A DNA stretch of 64,000 nucleotides from Escherichia phage moha. The stretch is taken from the sequence record MN850590.1. The stretch is one strand, 5' to 3'. Shown piece by piece: positions 45,748 through 55,878 of the stretch (positions are counted from its first letter, which is position 1; every line of letters starts with the position of its first letter). The translations under genes were made by a program, and so were the position numbers. The notes under the pieces were generated by a model, which was not told the origin of the DNA, searched no databases, and saw only the letters and a program-made list of their open reading frames with translations.

Positions 45748-45948
45748 ATGAGAACATATAACGTGGACTTGGAACTTTTTGATAAAGCAGTGCTCCGGGA
45801 ATTCCGGCTTATCCAAAGATTTTTTGATATCGAATCAGCAGAGTCCTTTAAAGAACGCTTTAAAGAAATTCGATATAAAATACAAACCGATACAGCTACT
45901 AAAGAAGAACTTCTTGAAGTAGCAGAAATTTTTAAACGTAACTTGTGA
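45748..45948 (+). CDS. Hypothetical protein (rIIA.1 position)
   Basis: 66-aa ORF. Confidence 0.45.
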   Translation: MRTYNVDLELFDKAVLREFRLIQRFFDIESAESFKERFKEIRYKIQTDTATKEELLEVAEIFKRNL

Positions 45949-45960
45949 TGAGAGAAAAAT

Positions 45961-48174
45961 ATGATTATTGAAACGGCTAAAGAAACGATTATTGGTTCAG
46001 GCGGTAAGAGCACAGCATTCACTATTCAAGGCAATAGCAAAGTTTATAAGATTTTGTCTAATGACCTTTATACAAACAAAGAATTGGCTTGTGTACGTGA
46101 ATTAATCACAAACTGTATCGATGGACAAATTCTTAATGGTTGCACTGATAAGTTTATTGTTCAGGCTCCAGGTCGTTTAGACCCACGTTTTGTAGTTCGA
46201 GACTTTGGTCCTGGTATGAGTGATTTCACCATTCGAGGTAATGACGAAGAGCCAGGAATCTATAACTCATATTTTGCTTCAACTAAAACATCGAGTAACG
46301 ATTTCATTGGTGGATTCGGACTCGGCTCTAAAGCTCCATTAGCATATACCGATACGTTTAACCTTACGTCTTATCACAACGGTGAAGTTCGTGGTTACGT
46401 AATCTACCAAGATGACACTGGTCCACAGATTAAGCCAACCTTCGTAGATAAGATGGGTCCTGATGACCGGACCGGCGTTGAAGTAGTTGTACCGGTTAAC
46501 CCAGAAGATTTTGAAAAGTTCGCATCCGAAATTGCATATGTTATGCGTCCTCTAGGTGATATTGCAGAAGTTCGCGGTGTTAAAGATATCAAATACTTTC
46601 CTGAATTCGATGATGTTTATTTAGCCAAGGAAGCTCCATGGGGTGAACGTGGTAATATCATGGCTGTTTATGGTGGTATTGTATATCCAATCGGAAGTGT
46701 TATTAAAGAACAAACATGGATGATGACGCGATGCACTACAGCTTATATTAAATTCCCTATGGGTGAACTAGATGTAGCCCCGTCTCGTGAAGCATTGTCA
46801 TTTGATAAACGTACAGTAGCAAATATCCATAAACGCGTTGCAGAAATCGATGCTAAATTGTTCGCTGAAGATTCTAAGAAATGGATTGATTGTAAATACC
46901 CACGTCATGTGTTCCGTGAAATTGATTCTCTTGGCTATACCGCTCGTAAATACATGGAAAAGGCTGGGTCTAATATTGAATCACTGAAATACTCTAAAGA
47001 ACAACTAACTTATTCCGAGTTGTACAAACGTTTTAAAATGGGACCCGAATGGTGCAACCTTGGCGTTGTATATGATATCGTTTCAGACCCACGACTTCGT
47101 CGTATTCGTGAAAGCGGAAGCTCGTCTGCAACTATTTCAATTAATAGCCTGCTAGGTATTAGTCGTAAGCATATTGATATCGTTATTGACGATGTGAAAG
47201 GCCGCGTACCAATGATGCGTGCTCTGAACGATGCTTTGACTTCCACCGATGCATCAACACTCGTTGATAAGGTTCCTTCCGGATGGGGTAGTAGCGTATT
47301 ATTCATTAACCCGGAAGATGAAGTTGCAATGAAACTTCTGGAACGATTAAAGGTTATTTTCGCTGGTGATAGCCTTAAATTTTATAAGACCTCTGAAATT
47401 CTTGCATTAGTTAAACCATGGATTGAAGTTAAAGAACGTTCATCGCAGCCTCGTCCTAAATCCCCAAGTGCTCATCGGTTCTTTAAGAATGAAAACGATG
47501 TTTGGGTATCGGAAGATCTCTTTATTCCAGCGAGTGAAGCTGGTGAAATCCAAGGTTATGCTATAGTTCGTAATCGTTCTAATGCTGAATGTCTTGACGC
47601 AGATAAAGGTTGGTTGAACTATGACTCTAATTTCTTGACCCGTATTGCTGATTTGTCAGATATTAAAGAGTTCACTGTAGTCCGTCCACAGATTGCTAAG
47701 AAAGTTCGTAAACTTGGTGAAGTAGAATGCTTGTTCGAAAAATCAATTAATGACTATATTACGCTAATCGATAAAGTAGATTATGATGAGTATGTATCAC
47801 CAAGTCGTAGAGCACAGCCCTATCTAAACCATATTACTCGTAATGAAGAGCTTAACTTCCTTAGTAAGTATTTTAGCTCTAAGAACAAAGAAATCAGTAA
47901 AGATTTTGCAAAACTCTCCACAGTAAATAATCGCTGGGGATGGAATCGATTCGCAGGTGCTACTAATACAGACCTGAATAAGAAGTTAGAATTGTGTGCT
48001 AAAATTTTCGATAAGCTTAAAGATAATGCTTACGATAATGATGATAAAATGATTATTGAATTCGAAACCAATTATCATATTGTGTCAGAATACATGGGAC
48101 GACGTGGTACTCTTTCAAAAGAACAGGTCGCTCAAATCGTTAAATTCATGAAGGCCGTGGAAGCGGCCAAATAA
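45961..48174 (+). CDS. rIIA: rIIA protein
   Basis: 737 aa, N-terminal HATPase-like region; followed by rIIB; T4 synteny. Confidence 0.85.
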   Translation: MIIETAKETIIGSGGKSTAFTIQGNSKVYKILSNDLYTNKELACVRELITNCIDGQILNGCTDKFIVQAPGRLDPRFVVRDFGPGMSDFTIRGNDEEPGIYNSYFASTKTSSNDFIGGFGLGSKAPLAYTDTFNLTSYHNGEVRGYVIYQDDTGPQIKPTFVDKMGPDDRTGVEVVVPVNPEDFEKFASEIAYVMRPLGDIAEVRGVKDIKYFPEFDDVYLAKEAPWGERGNIMAVYGGIVYPIGSVIKEQTWMMTRCTTAYIKFPMGELDVAPSREALSFDKRTVANIHKRVAEIDAKLFAEDSKKWIDCKYPRHVFREIDSLGYTARKYMEKAGSNIESLKYSKEQLTYSELYKRFKMGPEWCNLGVVYDIVSDPRLRRIRESGSSSATISINSLLGISRKHIDIVIDDVKGRVPMMRALNDALTSTDASTLVDKVPSGWGSSVLFINPEDEVAMKLLERLKVIFAGDSLKFYKTSEILALVKPWIEVKERSSQPRPKSPSAHRFFKNENDVWVSEDLFIPASEAGEIQGYAIVRNRSNAECLDADKGWLNYDSNFLTRIADLSDIKEFTVVRPQIAKKVRKLGEVECLFEKSINDYITLIDKVDYDEYVSPSRRAQPYLNHITRNEELNFLSKYFSSKNKEISKDFAKLSTVNNRWGWNRFAGATNTDLNKKLELCAKIFDKLKDNAYDNDDKMIIEFETNYHIVSEYMGRRGTLSKEQVAQIVKFMKAVEAAK

Positions 48175-48183
48175 GGAAACATT

Positions 48184-49131
48184 ATGTACAATATCAAATG
48201 CTTGTCCCAAGAAGAACAGTTAGAAGCTTACGGCCTGGTTGAATCAGGCAAATGGACTCGTAAAGAAATTGCCGATTACTTCGACATTTCAACAGATACT
48301 CTTCGTAAGATTGTTAAGAATTTTAAAGCAGAAGGCGTTGTCCCTGAAGCAAACGATGCCTCTTATGTAATCGAAGAAGTTCCAGAAAATGATGAACCTA
48401 TTATCGGCGGCCATCGTCCTGAAATCGTATGGAACGCGTCATCTAAATTTATTTCAATTATTGAAGGACGCGTAGCATACAATGCGACTCCATCAAGTCA
48501 TGCAAATTTTGAAGAAATTAAAGCTAATCTGGTCGCAGGAAACCTTAGTAAAGCTGTCGAACTTATTAACATCAAGAAAGCTATTAGTAAGTTTGTTGAC
48601 GGTAATGTTGTTATTGAAGGTGGTAGTTTATTTTATCAAGGTATAGAAATTCGTTCAGGACTGGTTAATCGTATTATTGATTCCATGGAAAAAGGCGAAG
48701 ACTTTAAATTCTATCTGCCGTTCCTTGAAAACCTGTTAGAAAACCCAAGCGAAAAAGCTGTACAACGTTTATTCGACTTCTTGGTTGCAAACGATATTGA
48801 AATCACTGAAGATGGTCATTTCTATGCGTGGAAAGTAGTTCGTAAGGACTATTTAGACTGCTATAGTGGTACATTTGATAACTCCCCAGGTAAAGTTGTT
48901 TCAATGCCTCGTACTCGAGTTAACGACGATGATACTCAAACCTGTTCTCGCGGTCTCCACGTTTGTGCTAAATCTTATATTCGCCACTTTGGTTCAAGCT
49001 CAGATAAAGTTGTGAAAGTTAAAGTTCATCCACGTGATGTTGTATCCATCCCGGTTGACTATGGTGATGCTAAGATGCGTACATGTCGTTATGAAGTAAT
49101 TTCAGACGTTACTGAATTATTTGCAGAATAA
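48184..49131 (+). CDS. rIIB: rIIB protein
   Basis: 315 aa, N-terminus MYNIKCL as in T4 rIIB as recalled; strong terminator follows. Confidence 0.8.
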   Translation: MYNIKCLSQEEQLEAYGLVESGKWTRKEIADYFDISTDTLRKIVKNFKAEGVVPEANDASYVIEEVPENDEPIIGGHRPEIVWNASSKFISIIEGRVAYNATPSSHANFEEIKANLVAGNLSKAVELINIKKAISKFVDGNVVIEGGSLFYQGIEIRSGLVNRIIDSMEKGEDFKFYLPFLENLLENPSEKAVQRLFDFLVANDIEITEDGHFYAWKVVRKDYLDCYSGTFDNSPGKVVSMPRTRVNDDDTQTCSRGLHVCAKSYIRHFGSSSDKVVKVKVHPRDVVSIPVDYGDAKMRTCRYEVISDVTELFAE

Positions 49132-49136
49132 TAATT

Positions 49137-49159
49137 GGGGACTTCGGTCCCCTTTTTTC
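49137..49159 (+). terminator. Intrinsic terminator after rIIB
   Basis: GGGGAC-TTCG-GTCCCC followed by TTTTTTC. Confidence 0.8.
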
Positions 49160-49172
49160 TTTAGGGGTAATT

Positions 49173-49460
49173 ATGATTCATCCATTTGACGTATCAGAAT
49201 CCAAAATCGCTAATCTTCGTGGCCATCATAAATGTAAATCAGTGTATTGCGCTAAATTGGTAAAACACCCAGGTGATGCACACTATGGCTGGTTAGAATG
49301 TGACGAAGTTGTTATTGAAATCCCACCGGTAGATGCAGAATATCTTGAAGAAGGTGACCGCATTTATTTTGGCGAACTACACATTAGAGGTATCTATGGT
49401 AAAGACGAACTTGGGACTGTTGAGGCTGAAGAGTCTTCCGACATTTATCCTGTCGAATGA
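49173..49460 (+). CDS. Hypothetical protein
   Basis: 95-aa ORF. Confidence 0.5.
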   Translation: MIHPFDVSESKIANLRGHHKCKSVYCAKLVKHPGDAHYGWLECDEVVIEIPPVDAEYLEEGDRIYFGELHIRGIYGKDELGTVEAEESSDIYPVE

Positions 49461-49476
49461 GTTTTTGACTAGCGAA

Positions 49477-49953
49477 ATGAAGGTTAAGATCGCTGATACT
49501 GCTCGGTACTCGTTGAAACAAGATCCAGGTCAAATAAAAGAAGACGTTGTTCGACGTTGTAAGGTTGCAGTCTTTGCAGAGTATGTAGTAGCAAATTGGC
49601 TAGACGGATATGTTAATAAAGGTAATGAAGACGTAGAAGACCCGTACACGTATGCATGGGACGTTTTAGCTCATCCTAAGTACTGTGGTCTACGCGTAGA
49701 AGTAAAGACCCATCAGATGGATTCGAAATGGATTTCGGTTACCACAGGATACGGTGGTGATTATCCGGGTGGCAACGGAATAAACATAGGGCCCTTCCTT
49801 AATCATCGAGTCGCTGACTGTATTATTATATTGAATGTCAAAGAAACCTCACCTGACGTCTTCTCTTATTCTATAAAGTTTGTGGGAGACCATGAAGACC
49901 TAAAGAAAATCGTCCGCAAGAGCAACTACAACGGGTGGTATCTTCATCTTTAA
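49477..49953 (+). CDS. Hypothetical protein
   Basis: Internal ATG in ORF 49333-49953. Confidence 0.45.
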   Translation: MKVKIADTARYSLKQDPGQIKEDVVRRCKVAVFAEYVVANWLDGYVNKGNEDVEDPYTYAWDVLAHPKYCGLRVEVKTHQMDSKWISVTTGYGGDYPGGNGINIGPFLNHRVADCIIILNVKETSPDVFSYSIKFVGDHEDLKKIVRKSNYNGWYLHL

Positions 49954-49965
49954 TTTCATAAAAGT

Positions 49966-50001
49966 GTTTACAACTAAGTAGGACTATGATATATTAGTCC
50001 T
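49966..50001 (+). promoter_or_regulatory. Early-type promoter with IR
   Basis: -35 GTTTAC 49966-49971; AGGACTA/TAGTCCT arms flank the -10 region. Confidence 0.45.
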
Positions 50002-50021
50002 ATCTAAAAGAGGATAACATC

Positions 50022-50285
50022 ATGAAATTTAAATTTTTCTACGCAAAACATAAAGTAACAGGCGAATTTGTTTCAATGTACAACACTGCAGATGACGAAG
50101 GGATGATTTATACCCATTTGGGTCTATCTCATTGGGACTCAGACGTGCCTTATATGTCATCTGAAGCCGAAATAACTCGTTTAGTTAACGGACATATGAA
50201 CGACCATTTTAGTGTTATTCTTTCTAAAGACCTTAAAGAGGTTATCAACAAAGGATATATGGAACTTGCGGAAGTTGAGATATGA
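50022..50285 (+). CDS. Hypothetical protein
   Basis: 87-aa ORF with AGAGGA RBS. Confidence 0.5.
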   Translation: MKFKFFYAKHKVTGEFVSMYNTADDEGMIYTHLGLSHWDSDVPYMSSEAEITRLVNGHMNDHFSVILSKDLKEVINKGYMELAEVEI

Positions 50286-50474
50286 GCTCTAAAATGTGGA
50301 TCGGAATATGGTTGCTTAGTATCCCTATGATTTGTATAATATTTTCAATTGCATTGAGGTACTTATGAAAAATGCACTTATTGTATTAAGAACAATTTGT
50401 GATACGGGTTTTTACATTGCATGTTCGTTCACTGGAACATGGATGGCTTTAACATATTTTAATGTAATTTAATT

Positions 50475-50512
50475 GTTTACATCACGGTAGGATTATGGTA
50501 TAGTAGTCCTAC
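50475..50512 (+). promoter_or_regulatory. Early-type promoter with IR
   Basis: -35 GTTTAC 50475-50480, -10 TATAGT; GTAGGA/TCCTAC arms. Confidence 0.45.
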
Positions 50513-50532
50513 TGAAACATGAGGAACACAAA

Positions 50533-50733
50533 ATGGCTAAGCTTTTTAAAGATGTTGAAATTGGTGAAAAATTTGTTCTGAATAATGGTCAGCAGCTTAT
50601 TCGTGTAGCTTCTATCGCCGGACAAACTCATAACTGTATCGCCCCAACGTGTTGGACTCGATTCTTTATTGAAGATGACACTGAATGTTTAACTGTTGAA
50701 GAGCTTTTTGAACGTTCTGATATGACCGAATAA
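50533..50733 (+). CDS. Hypothetical protein
   Basis: 66-aa ORF with GAGGAA RBS. Confidence 0.45.
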   Translation: MAKLFKDVEIGEKFVLNNGQQLIRVASIAGQTHNCIAPTCWTRFFIEDDTECLTVEELFERSDMTE

Positions 50734-50737
50734 AATT

Positions 50738-50771
50738 GTACAAACTCTTGAGAGCAGAGTATAATGCTCTC
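50738..50771 (+). promoter_or_regulatory. Early-type promoter with IR (copy 2 of duplicated 30-mer)
   Basis: TGTACAAACTCTTGAGAGCAGAGTATAAT; -10 TATAAT 50760-50765 between GAGAGCA/TGCTCTC arms. Confidence 0.45.
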
Positions 50772-50809
50772 ATGGATTACAAAAACATTAATCAATTGAG
50801 GAAATTAGC

Positions 50810-51256
50810 ATGTCCAAATATTTAACTCGTAAAGACCTTCTGGCAGTTGGCGGTGAAGTTGTTGCAGTAGTTCGTAATGGCGAATACGGTTCTGAAGTTT
50901 CTAAAGAGTTTCGTTCTCGTGAAGGTTTTTACTTCTTCGTTAAAGGTTCATCTGATTGGCGACAAGTAGCAGCACGATTCTTTGTAGGACGTCAACGTTC
51001 TAAACAAGGGTTGGATGCAATTCTTTCTCACATTCGTCAAGGCCGTTCGCAACTAGCCCGTACCATGGGCACTAACAATATTGAATATGATGTAATCTTT
51101 GTTGCAGCTAAGAACATGAAACCACTGACCACTGGTTATGGTAAAGGTCAATTGGCTCTGGCATTCACTCGCAATCATACATCAGAATATCAAACACTCA
51201 CCGAAATGAACCGTCTTCTGGCCGATAATTTCAAATTCATTCTGCAGAGTTACTAA
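50810..51256 (+). CDS. Hypothetical protein, possibly Ndd-like
   Basis: 148 aa; position between rIIB and 52; Ndd assignment from weak recollection only. Confidence 0.4.
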   Translation: MSKYLTRKDLLAVGGEVVAVVRNGEYGSEVSKEFRSREGFYFFVKGSSDWRQVAARFFVGRQRSKQGLDAILSHIRQGRSQLARTMGTNNIEYDVIFVAAKNMKPLTTGYGKGQLALAFTRNHTSEYQTLTEMNRLLADNFKFILQSY

Positions 51257-51308
51257 TTTATACGGACCTATTAAGTTGGGCCTTTAATTTATTTTTGAGG
51301 TAATTAAA

Positions 51309-51455
51309 ATGGTAGCATGGATTATTGCATTGCTGTGTTGGTCGTTTTTATTCGTTAACACTTTAGTTACGGGCGAAACAACAGTATTTCAACAGGCCGT
51401 ATCACAAGGTACCTTAGCGGTCTTAGCTCTTATTAACGTGTTAAAAGGCGAGTAA
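51309..51455 (+). CDS. Hypothetical 48-aa hydrophobic peptide
   Basis: Single TM-like segment; below ORF-track cutoff. Confidence 0.3.
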   Translation: MVAWIIALLCWSFLFVNTLVTGETTVFQQAVSQGTLAVLALINVLKGE

Positions 51456-51595
51456 TGATTAAGAAAATCTTAGCAGGAGCCTTCGGGCTCTTGTTGTTGC
51501 TTACGGTTCTGTACTACGGTGTGATGTTTGGACTAATCCAAGTAGTGCTTTTCATTTCAGATGTTATAATGGTTATTCGTTCATTAATATGGTGA
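51455..51595 (+). CDS. Hypothetical 46-aa hydrophobic peptide
   Basis: taATG overlap with previous; hydrophobic. Confidence 0.3.
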   Translation: MIKKILAGAFGLLLLLTVLYYGVMFGLIQVVLFISDVIMVIRSLIW

Positions 51596-51599
51596 AAAT

Positions 51600-52925
51600 A
51601 TGCAATTGAATTCTCGTAATCTAAAAAGTATTATTGATAACGAAGCCTTAGCATATGCGATGTACACCGTTGAAAACCGTGCAATCCCAAACATGATTGA
51701 TGGATTTAAGCCGGTTCAACGTTTTGTGGTCCATCGTGCGTTAGATTTGGCTCGTGGTAATAAAGAAAAATTTCATAAACTTGCGTCAATTGCAGGCGGT
51801 GTTGCAGATTTAGGTTATCACCATGGTGAATCTTCTGCACAAGATGCAGGTGCATTGATGGCTAACACATGGAACAACAACTATCCACTGTTAGATGGCC
51901 AAGGCAACTTTGGTTCTAGAACAGTCCAAAAAGCTGCAGCATCTCGTTATATTTTTGCTCGTGTAAGTAAAAATTTCTATAACGTATATAAAGATACTGA
52001 ATATGCTCCAGCTCATGAAGATAAAGAACACATTCCACCAAAATTTTATCTTCCTATTATTCCGACAGTTCTTTTGAATGGCGTCTCTGGTATTGCAACC
52101 GGTTACGCAACAAATATTCTGCCTCATAGTTTTAAATCAGTCAAAAAGGCTGTATTACAAGCTCTTCAAGGTAAAAATGTCACTAAGCCAAAAGTTGAAT
52201 TCCCGGAATTCCATGGCGAAGTACATGAAGTTGATGGGCGTTATGAGATTCACGGAACATATAAGTTCACATCTCGCACTCAAATGCAGATAACTGAAAT
52301 CCCATATAAATTCGACCGTGAAACGTATGTGAGTAAGGTTCTTGACCCATTAGAAGATAAAGGTCTAATCTCATGGGAAGATGATTGTGGTGAACACGGC
52401 TTTGGGTTTAAGGTGAAGTTCCGTAAAGAGTACTCGCTTCCAGATGACGAAGAGCTACGTCATGAAAAAATCATGAAAGATTTTAGTCTCATCGAACGTC
52501 GTTCACAAAACATCACAGTGATTAATGAAAAGGGTAAATTAGCGGTCTACGATAATGTAGTAGACTTAATCAAAGATTTTGTTGAAGTCCGTAAGACTTA
52601 CGTTCAGAAACGTATTGACAACAAAATCCTTGAATCTGAAAAAGCATTTAAACTGGCTTTTGCTAAGGCGCACTTCATCAAAAAAGTTATCAACGGTGAA
52701 ATTGTGATTCAGGGCAAGACTCGTAAAGCTTTGACTGAAGAGCTAGCACAAATCGAAATGTATAAAGAACATGTCGATAAACTGGTAGGTCTTAACATCT
52801 TCCATATCACTTCCGACGAAGCACGTAAACTAGCAGAAGAAGCTAAAGCTAAGAAAGAAGAAAATGAGTATTGGAAGTCTACTGATGTTGTGACAGAGTA
52901 CACTAAAGACTTGGAGGCACTTTGA
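51600..52925 (+). CDS. 52: DNA topoisomerase II medium (GyrA-like) subunit gp52
   Basis: 441 aa; GyrA-like N-terminal block RAIPNMIDGFKPVQR; T4 synteny. Confidence 0.9.
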   Translation: MQLNSRNLKSIIDNEALAYAMYTVENRAIPNMIDGFKPVQRFVVHRALDLARGNKEKFHKLASIAGGVADLGYHHGESSAQDAGALMANTWNNNYPLLDGQGNFGSRTVQKAAASRYIFARVSKNFYNVYKDTEYAPAHEDKEHIPPKFYLPIIPTVLLNGVSGIATGYATNILPHSFKSVKKAVLQALQGKNVTKPKVEFPEFHGEVHEVDGRYEIHGTYKFTSRTQMQITEIPYKFDRETYVSKVLDPLEDKGLISWEDDCGEHGFGFKVKFRKEYSLPDDEELRHEKIMKDFSLIERRSQNITVINEKGKLAVYDNVVDLIKDFVEVRKTYVQKRIDNKILESEKAFKLAFAKAHFIKKVINGEIVIQGKTRKALTEELAQIEMYKEHVDKLVGLNIFHITSDEARKLAEEAKAKKEENEYWKSTDVVTEYTKDLEAL

Positions 52926-53002
52926 GTGCCCTAGCCTTAGGATTTCTCGGTGCAATAGCTGTACTAGTGATTTGGCTGTATTGGTTGGACAAACATGATT
53001 AG

Positions 53003-53022
53003 GGAGCTTCGGCTCCTTTTTT
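53003..53022 (+). terminator. Intrinsic terminator after gene 52
   Basis: GGAGC-TTCG-GCTCC followed by TTTTTT. Confidence 0.75.
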
Positions 53023-53043
53023 GTGCATTTTTCTCACAAAACA

Positions 53044-53072
53044 GTTTACATGTGCTTCAAACATGATATTAT
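53044..53072 (+). promoter_or_regulatory. Early-type promoter upstream of motA
   Basis: -35 GTTTAC 53044-53049, 17-bp spacer, -10 TATTAT. Confidence 0.5.
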
Positions 53073-53111
53073 AGACCTATCAAAACAAAACAACCAAATT
53101 GGAGAAATAAA

Positions 53112-53744
53112 ATGTCTAAAGTTACTTACATCATCAAAGCTTCTGAAAACGCTCTGAATGAAAAAACTGCTGCAATAATGGTTTATATCATTAAGAACAA
53201 CTTCACCACTGCTGCCAATGTCCGTGAAGCTCTGGAAGCGGAATACAATGCATCAGTTGTTAACTCTAACATTGGTGTATTGATTAAGAAAGGTTTAGTC
53301 GAAAAATCCGGTGATGGACTTATAGCAACAGGCGAAGCAATGGATATTATCCAAAAAGCTGCAGACCTATTTGCTCAAGAAAATGCTCCAGAACTTCTTC
53401 AGAAACGTAACACCAGAAAAGCACGTGGAGTTACTCCTGAAATGCATGAACTAGCAAACTTTGTTTTTGAAAATATTAAAGATAAAGTTGAAGTTAAAGA
53501 AATTGGTGAAAACCGTAGTAACTTAGAAGTTCGATTTGCAAAACGAGTTCTAGGTATTCGTCAGATCGAAATTCGTCGAGATGGCGCTCTTAGAATCTTT
53601 GCATACAACATGTCAGAAACTGAATCAAAACTGTTTACTTCTCTTGAAAATGATGTTAAGATTAAGATCGGTGGTAAATATACTTACATTGACTTCCCTA
53701 ATGTGTCCAAAGAAATCATTACCCTTGTAACTAACGTACTGTGA
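53112..53744 (+). CDS. motA: Middle-transcription activator MotA
   Basis: 210 aa; N-terminus MSKVTYIIKAS and NIGVLIKKGLVEKSGDGLI block as in T4 MotA as recalled. Confidence 0.8.
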   Translation: MSKVTYIIKASENALNEKTAAIMVYIIKNNFTTAANVREALEAEYNASVVNSNIGVLIKKGLVEKSGDGLIATGEAMDIIQKAADLFAQENAPELLQKRNTRKARGVTPEMHELANFVFENIKDKVEVKEIGENRSNLEVRFAKRVLGIRQIEIRRDGALRIFAYNMSETESKLFTSLENDVKIKIGGKYTYIDFPNVSKEIITLVTNVL

Positions 53745-53754
53745 GGAATACATA

Positions 53755-54084
53755 ATGAATAAGCTGAATATTATTAACGAACTTCGTAAATGTGCAGAAC
53801 CTACTCAGGAAGGATGGGATATTTGGTACCACGGGGCTTATTTAGGGACAATTGTAAAGATTAAAGCAGGCCAATATACGGTTATTCGTGAAAATAATGA
53901 CGCGCCATTTGGCCTTCGTAAAAACTACATGGCCGCGATCAGTTCATTTGTTGATGCAGCTTATGAAATCTATAAAGAAGATTATAAAGAATATCAGCAG
54001 TCACAACCGGTTATTCGTTCAATTGGTGTTAACAAAGCTCAGCAGAAAACTTTGTGGCAACGTATTAAAGGATGGTTTAAATGA
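53755..54084 (+). CDS. Hypothetical protein
   Basis: 109-aa ORF. Confidence 0.5.
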   Translation: MNKLNIINELRKCAEPTQEGWDIWYHGAYLGTIVKIKAGQYTVIRENNDAPFGLRKNYMAAISSFVDAAYEIYKEDYKEYQQSQPVIRSIGVNKAQQKTLWQRIKGWFK

Positions 54085-54542
54085 AAACTTTTAAAGAACG
54101 TTTAGCTCTGTTAGATAAAGCTTTGTCGCGTGAGACTCCGGAAAGTCTGGCTGCTAAATTAGCTTCTTACGGTGGTGAATATACAGAACAAAATGTTTTA
54201 GATGAAGTTCCTGAAATCTGTTGGCAGACTCTGTATTGGGATGAAAACCAAAAGTATCAACGACGAATTGTCTGCGCAGCCAACCGTTTTAAATTAAAAG
54301 ATGGACGAACTCTTATTATTCCAGGTGCTCGTCATTATTCTAAAGATATGGCAGAAGTTTTAGATGTAGTTAAACCTCAATTAGTTACTCAACAAGTTTG
54401 TGATGATGACCAAGGGTTTATTGACCAGTATAGTAATTATTGGACACGTGAAGAAGCAATGATTATTGCAACTTACGCTGGACAAGTACGTATTGAACGT
54501 GGTGGTAATGAAAAAGAACTTTACTCTGAGGACCTTTACTAA
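54081..54542 (+). CDS. Hypothetical protein
   Basis: 153-aa ORF. Confidence 0.5.
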   Translation: MKTFKERLALLDKALSRETPESLAAKLASYGGEYTEQNVLDEVPEICWQTLYWDENQKYQRRIVCAANRFKLKDGRTLIIPGARHYSKDMAEVLDVVKPQLVTQQVCDDDQGFIDQYSNYWTREEAMIIATYAGQVRIERGGNEKELYSEDLY

Positions 54543-54823
54543 TGAATCTTAAACAACTCCAGATTGATGCTATTGAAGCCCACATTAATCATATCAAACG
54601 CCTGAATGCTATGATGGAAGAAAATTATGGTATGTATGCTAATCAGCCTGGTTGGGATGCTTTAGACCATCCTTATTTGGTTAATTTATGTAAAGGTGAT
54701 ACGTTAGCAATTATTCGTGATGGGTTAAAACCTTTCTTGCGCGACATGTATATTAAAATGAACGAAGAAATTATTAGCTCGTTTCAATATCAATTAAGGA
54801 AATTAGACGATGAGAATAATTGA
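54542..54823 (+). CDS. Hypothetical protein
   Basis: 93-aa ORF. Confidence 0.5.
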   Translation: MNLKQLQIDAIEAHINHIKRLNAMMEENYGMYANQPGWDALDHPYLVNLCKGDTLAIIRDGLKPFLRDMYIKMNEEIISSFQYQLRKLDDENN

Positions 54824-55034
54824 TTCTAAAGCAGATTATTTTAATTCTGTTAATGATAAGAATAAAGCTTTAATTCGTCACTTTATTACTGAGATGGGAT
54901 ATACTGACTCTAAAGATTTGAAAGAGCACATTATCGAATGTTCTGTGGCTAAAAAGTTTTCTTTCACAGACAAATGTTTAAATGAGGTTATAAATCATTA
55001 TGAACAATCTTGTAGCAAAACACGATTTCAATAA
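54810..55034 (+). CDS. Hypothetical protein
   Basis: 74-aa ORF. Confidence 0.4.
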   Translation: MRIIDSKADYFNSVNDKNKALIRHFITEMGYTDSKDLKEHIIECSVAKKFSFTDKCLNEVINHYEQSCSKTRFQ

Positions 55035-55108
55035 GGCTTCTGTCCATAAGGACAAAAAGAAATCAGAACTTCAATCTAAACGTAAACAAAAACATAAGGG
55101 TAAAGACT

Positions 55109-55408
55109 ATGCTTACTAAAATCAAAGAAAATCCTGCCACTGAACTTGTTATTCGATGTGAAGAACTTGCAGAGCTTTATCAGGTTAACCGAGAAGTGTG
55201 TCGTAGTGTTATCGTAGATATGGAAGATGAAGTCTGTTCTCGTATTCCTTTTAGTGTCGATTTCAATCACATGAAGCCCGGTGAAATCACTATCGTCTTT
55301 GGTTCTGACTATACTGAAGAACGGGCTCTTAACGTCCTAGAATATGAAATGTCGTTTTTCGACATACAGGACTATATTGATAGTTATAAGGAACGATATG
55401 AGTCATAA
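55109..55408 (+). CDS. Hypothetical acidic protein
   Basis: 99-aa ORF. Confidence 0.45.
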   Translation: MLTKIKENPATELVIRCEELAELYQVNREVCRSVIVDMEDEVCSRIPFSVDFNHMKPGEITIVFGSDYTEERALNVLEYEMSFFDIQDYIDSYKERYES

Positions 55409-55559
55409 TCTTCAGAACGTAGTAGAGGCCGAACGTGAGCGTGAGGCTTTAGTCTATAATGAACTATTAGTTCAATTCTTGGTCTTACACTCGTATGAAC
55501 AGGAAGACTATACCAATTACGTTAAAAGCGTAGAAAAAGCCGTTTACAATCAACACTGA
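55398..55559 (+). CDS. Hypothetical small protein
   Basis: Internal ATG in ORF 55344-55559. Confidence 0.3.
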   Translation: MSHNLQNVVEAEREREALVYNELLVQFLVLHSYEQEDYTNYVKSVEKAVYNQH

Positions 55560-55605
55560 TAATGGTACTATATCCATATCAACTAAGTGGAATGAATAAA
55601 ACGTT

Positions 55606-55878
55606 ATGAATAAAGATATTGAAATCGTACGTGAAATTATTACTATTGCTTCTATTTTGATTAAATTCTCTAGGGAAGATATTGTTGAAGACCGAGCAAG
55701 TTTCATCGGATTCTTGAATGAGATTGGAATTAAAAAAGATGGTCGGCAGCTAAATCAGAATTCGTTCAGAAAACTAATTACAAATTTAACTGCCGAAGAA
55801 AAGAAAACACTGATTAGTGAATTCAATGAAGGTTTTGAAAATATTTATCGTCATTTAGCGATGTATTCTAACAACTAA
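55606..55878 (+). CDS. asiA: Anti-sigma-70 factor AsiA
   Basis: 90 aa; near-identity to T4 AsiA as recalled (VREIITIASILIKFSREDIVE...FNEGFE). Confidence 0.9.
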   Translation: MNKDIEIVREIITIASILIKFSREDIVEDRASFIGFLNEIGIKKDGRQLNQNSFRKLITNLTAEEKKTLISEFNEGFENIYRHLAMYSNN

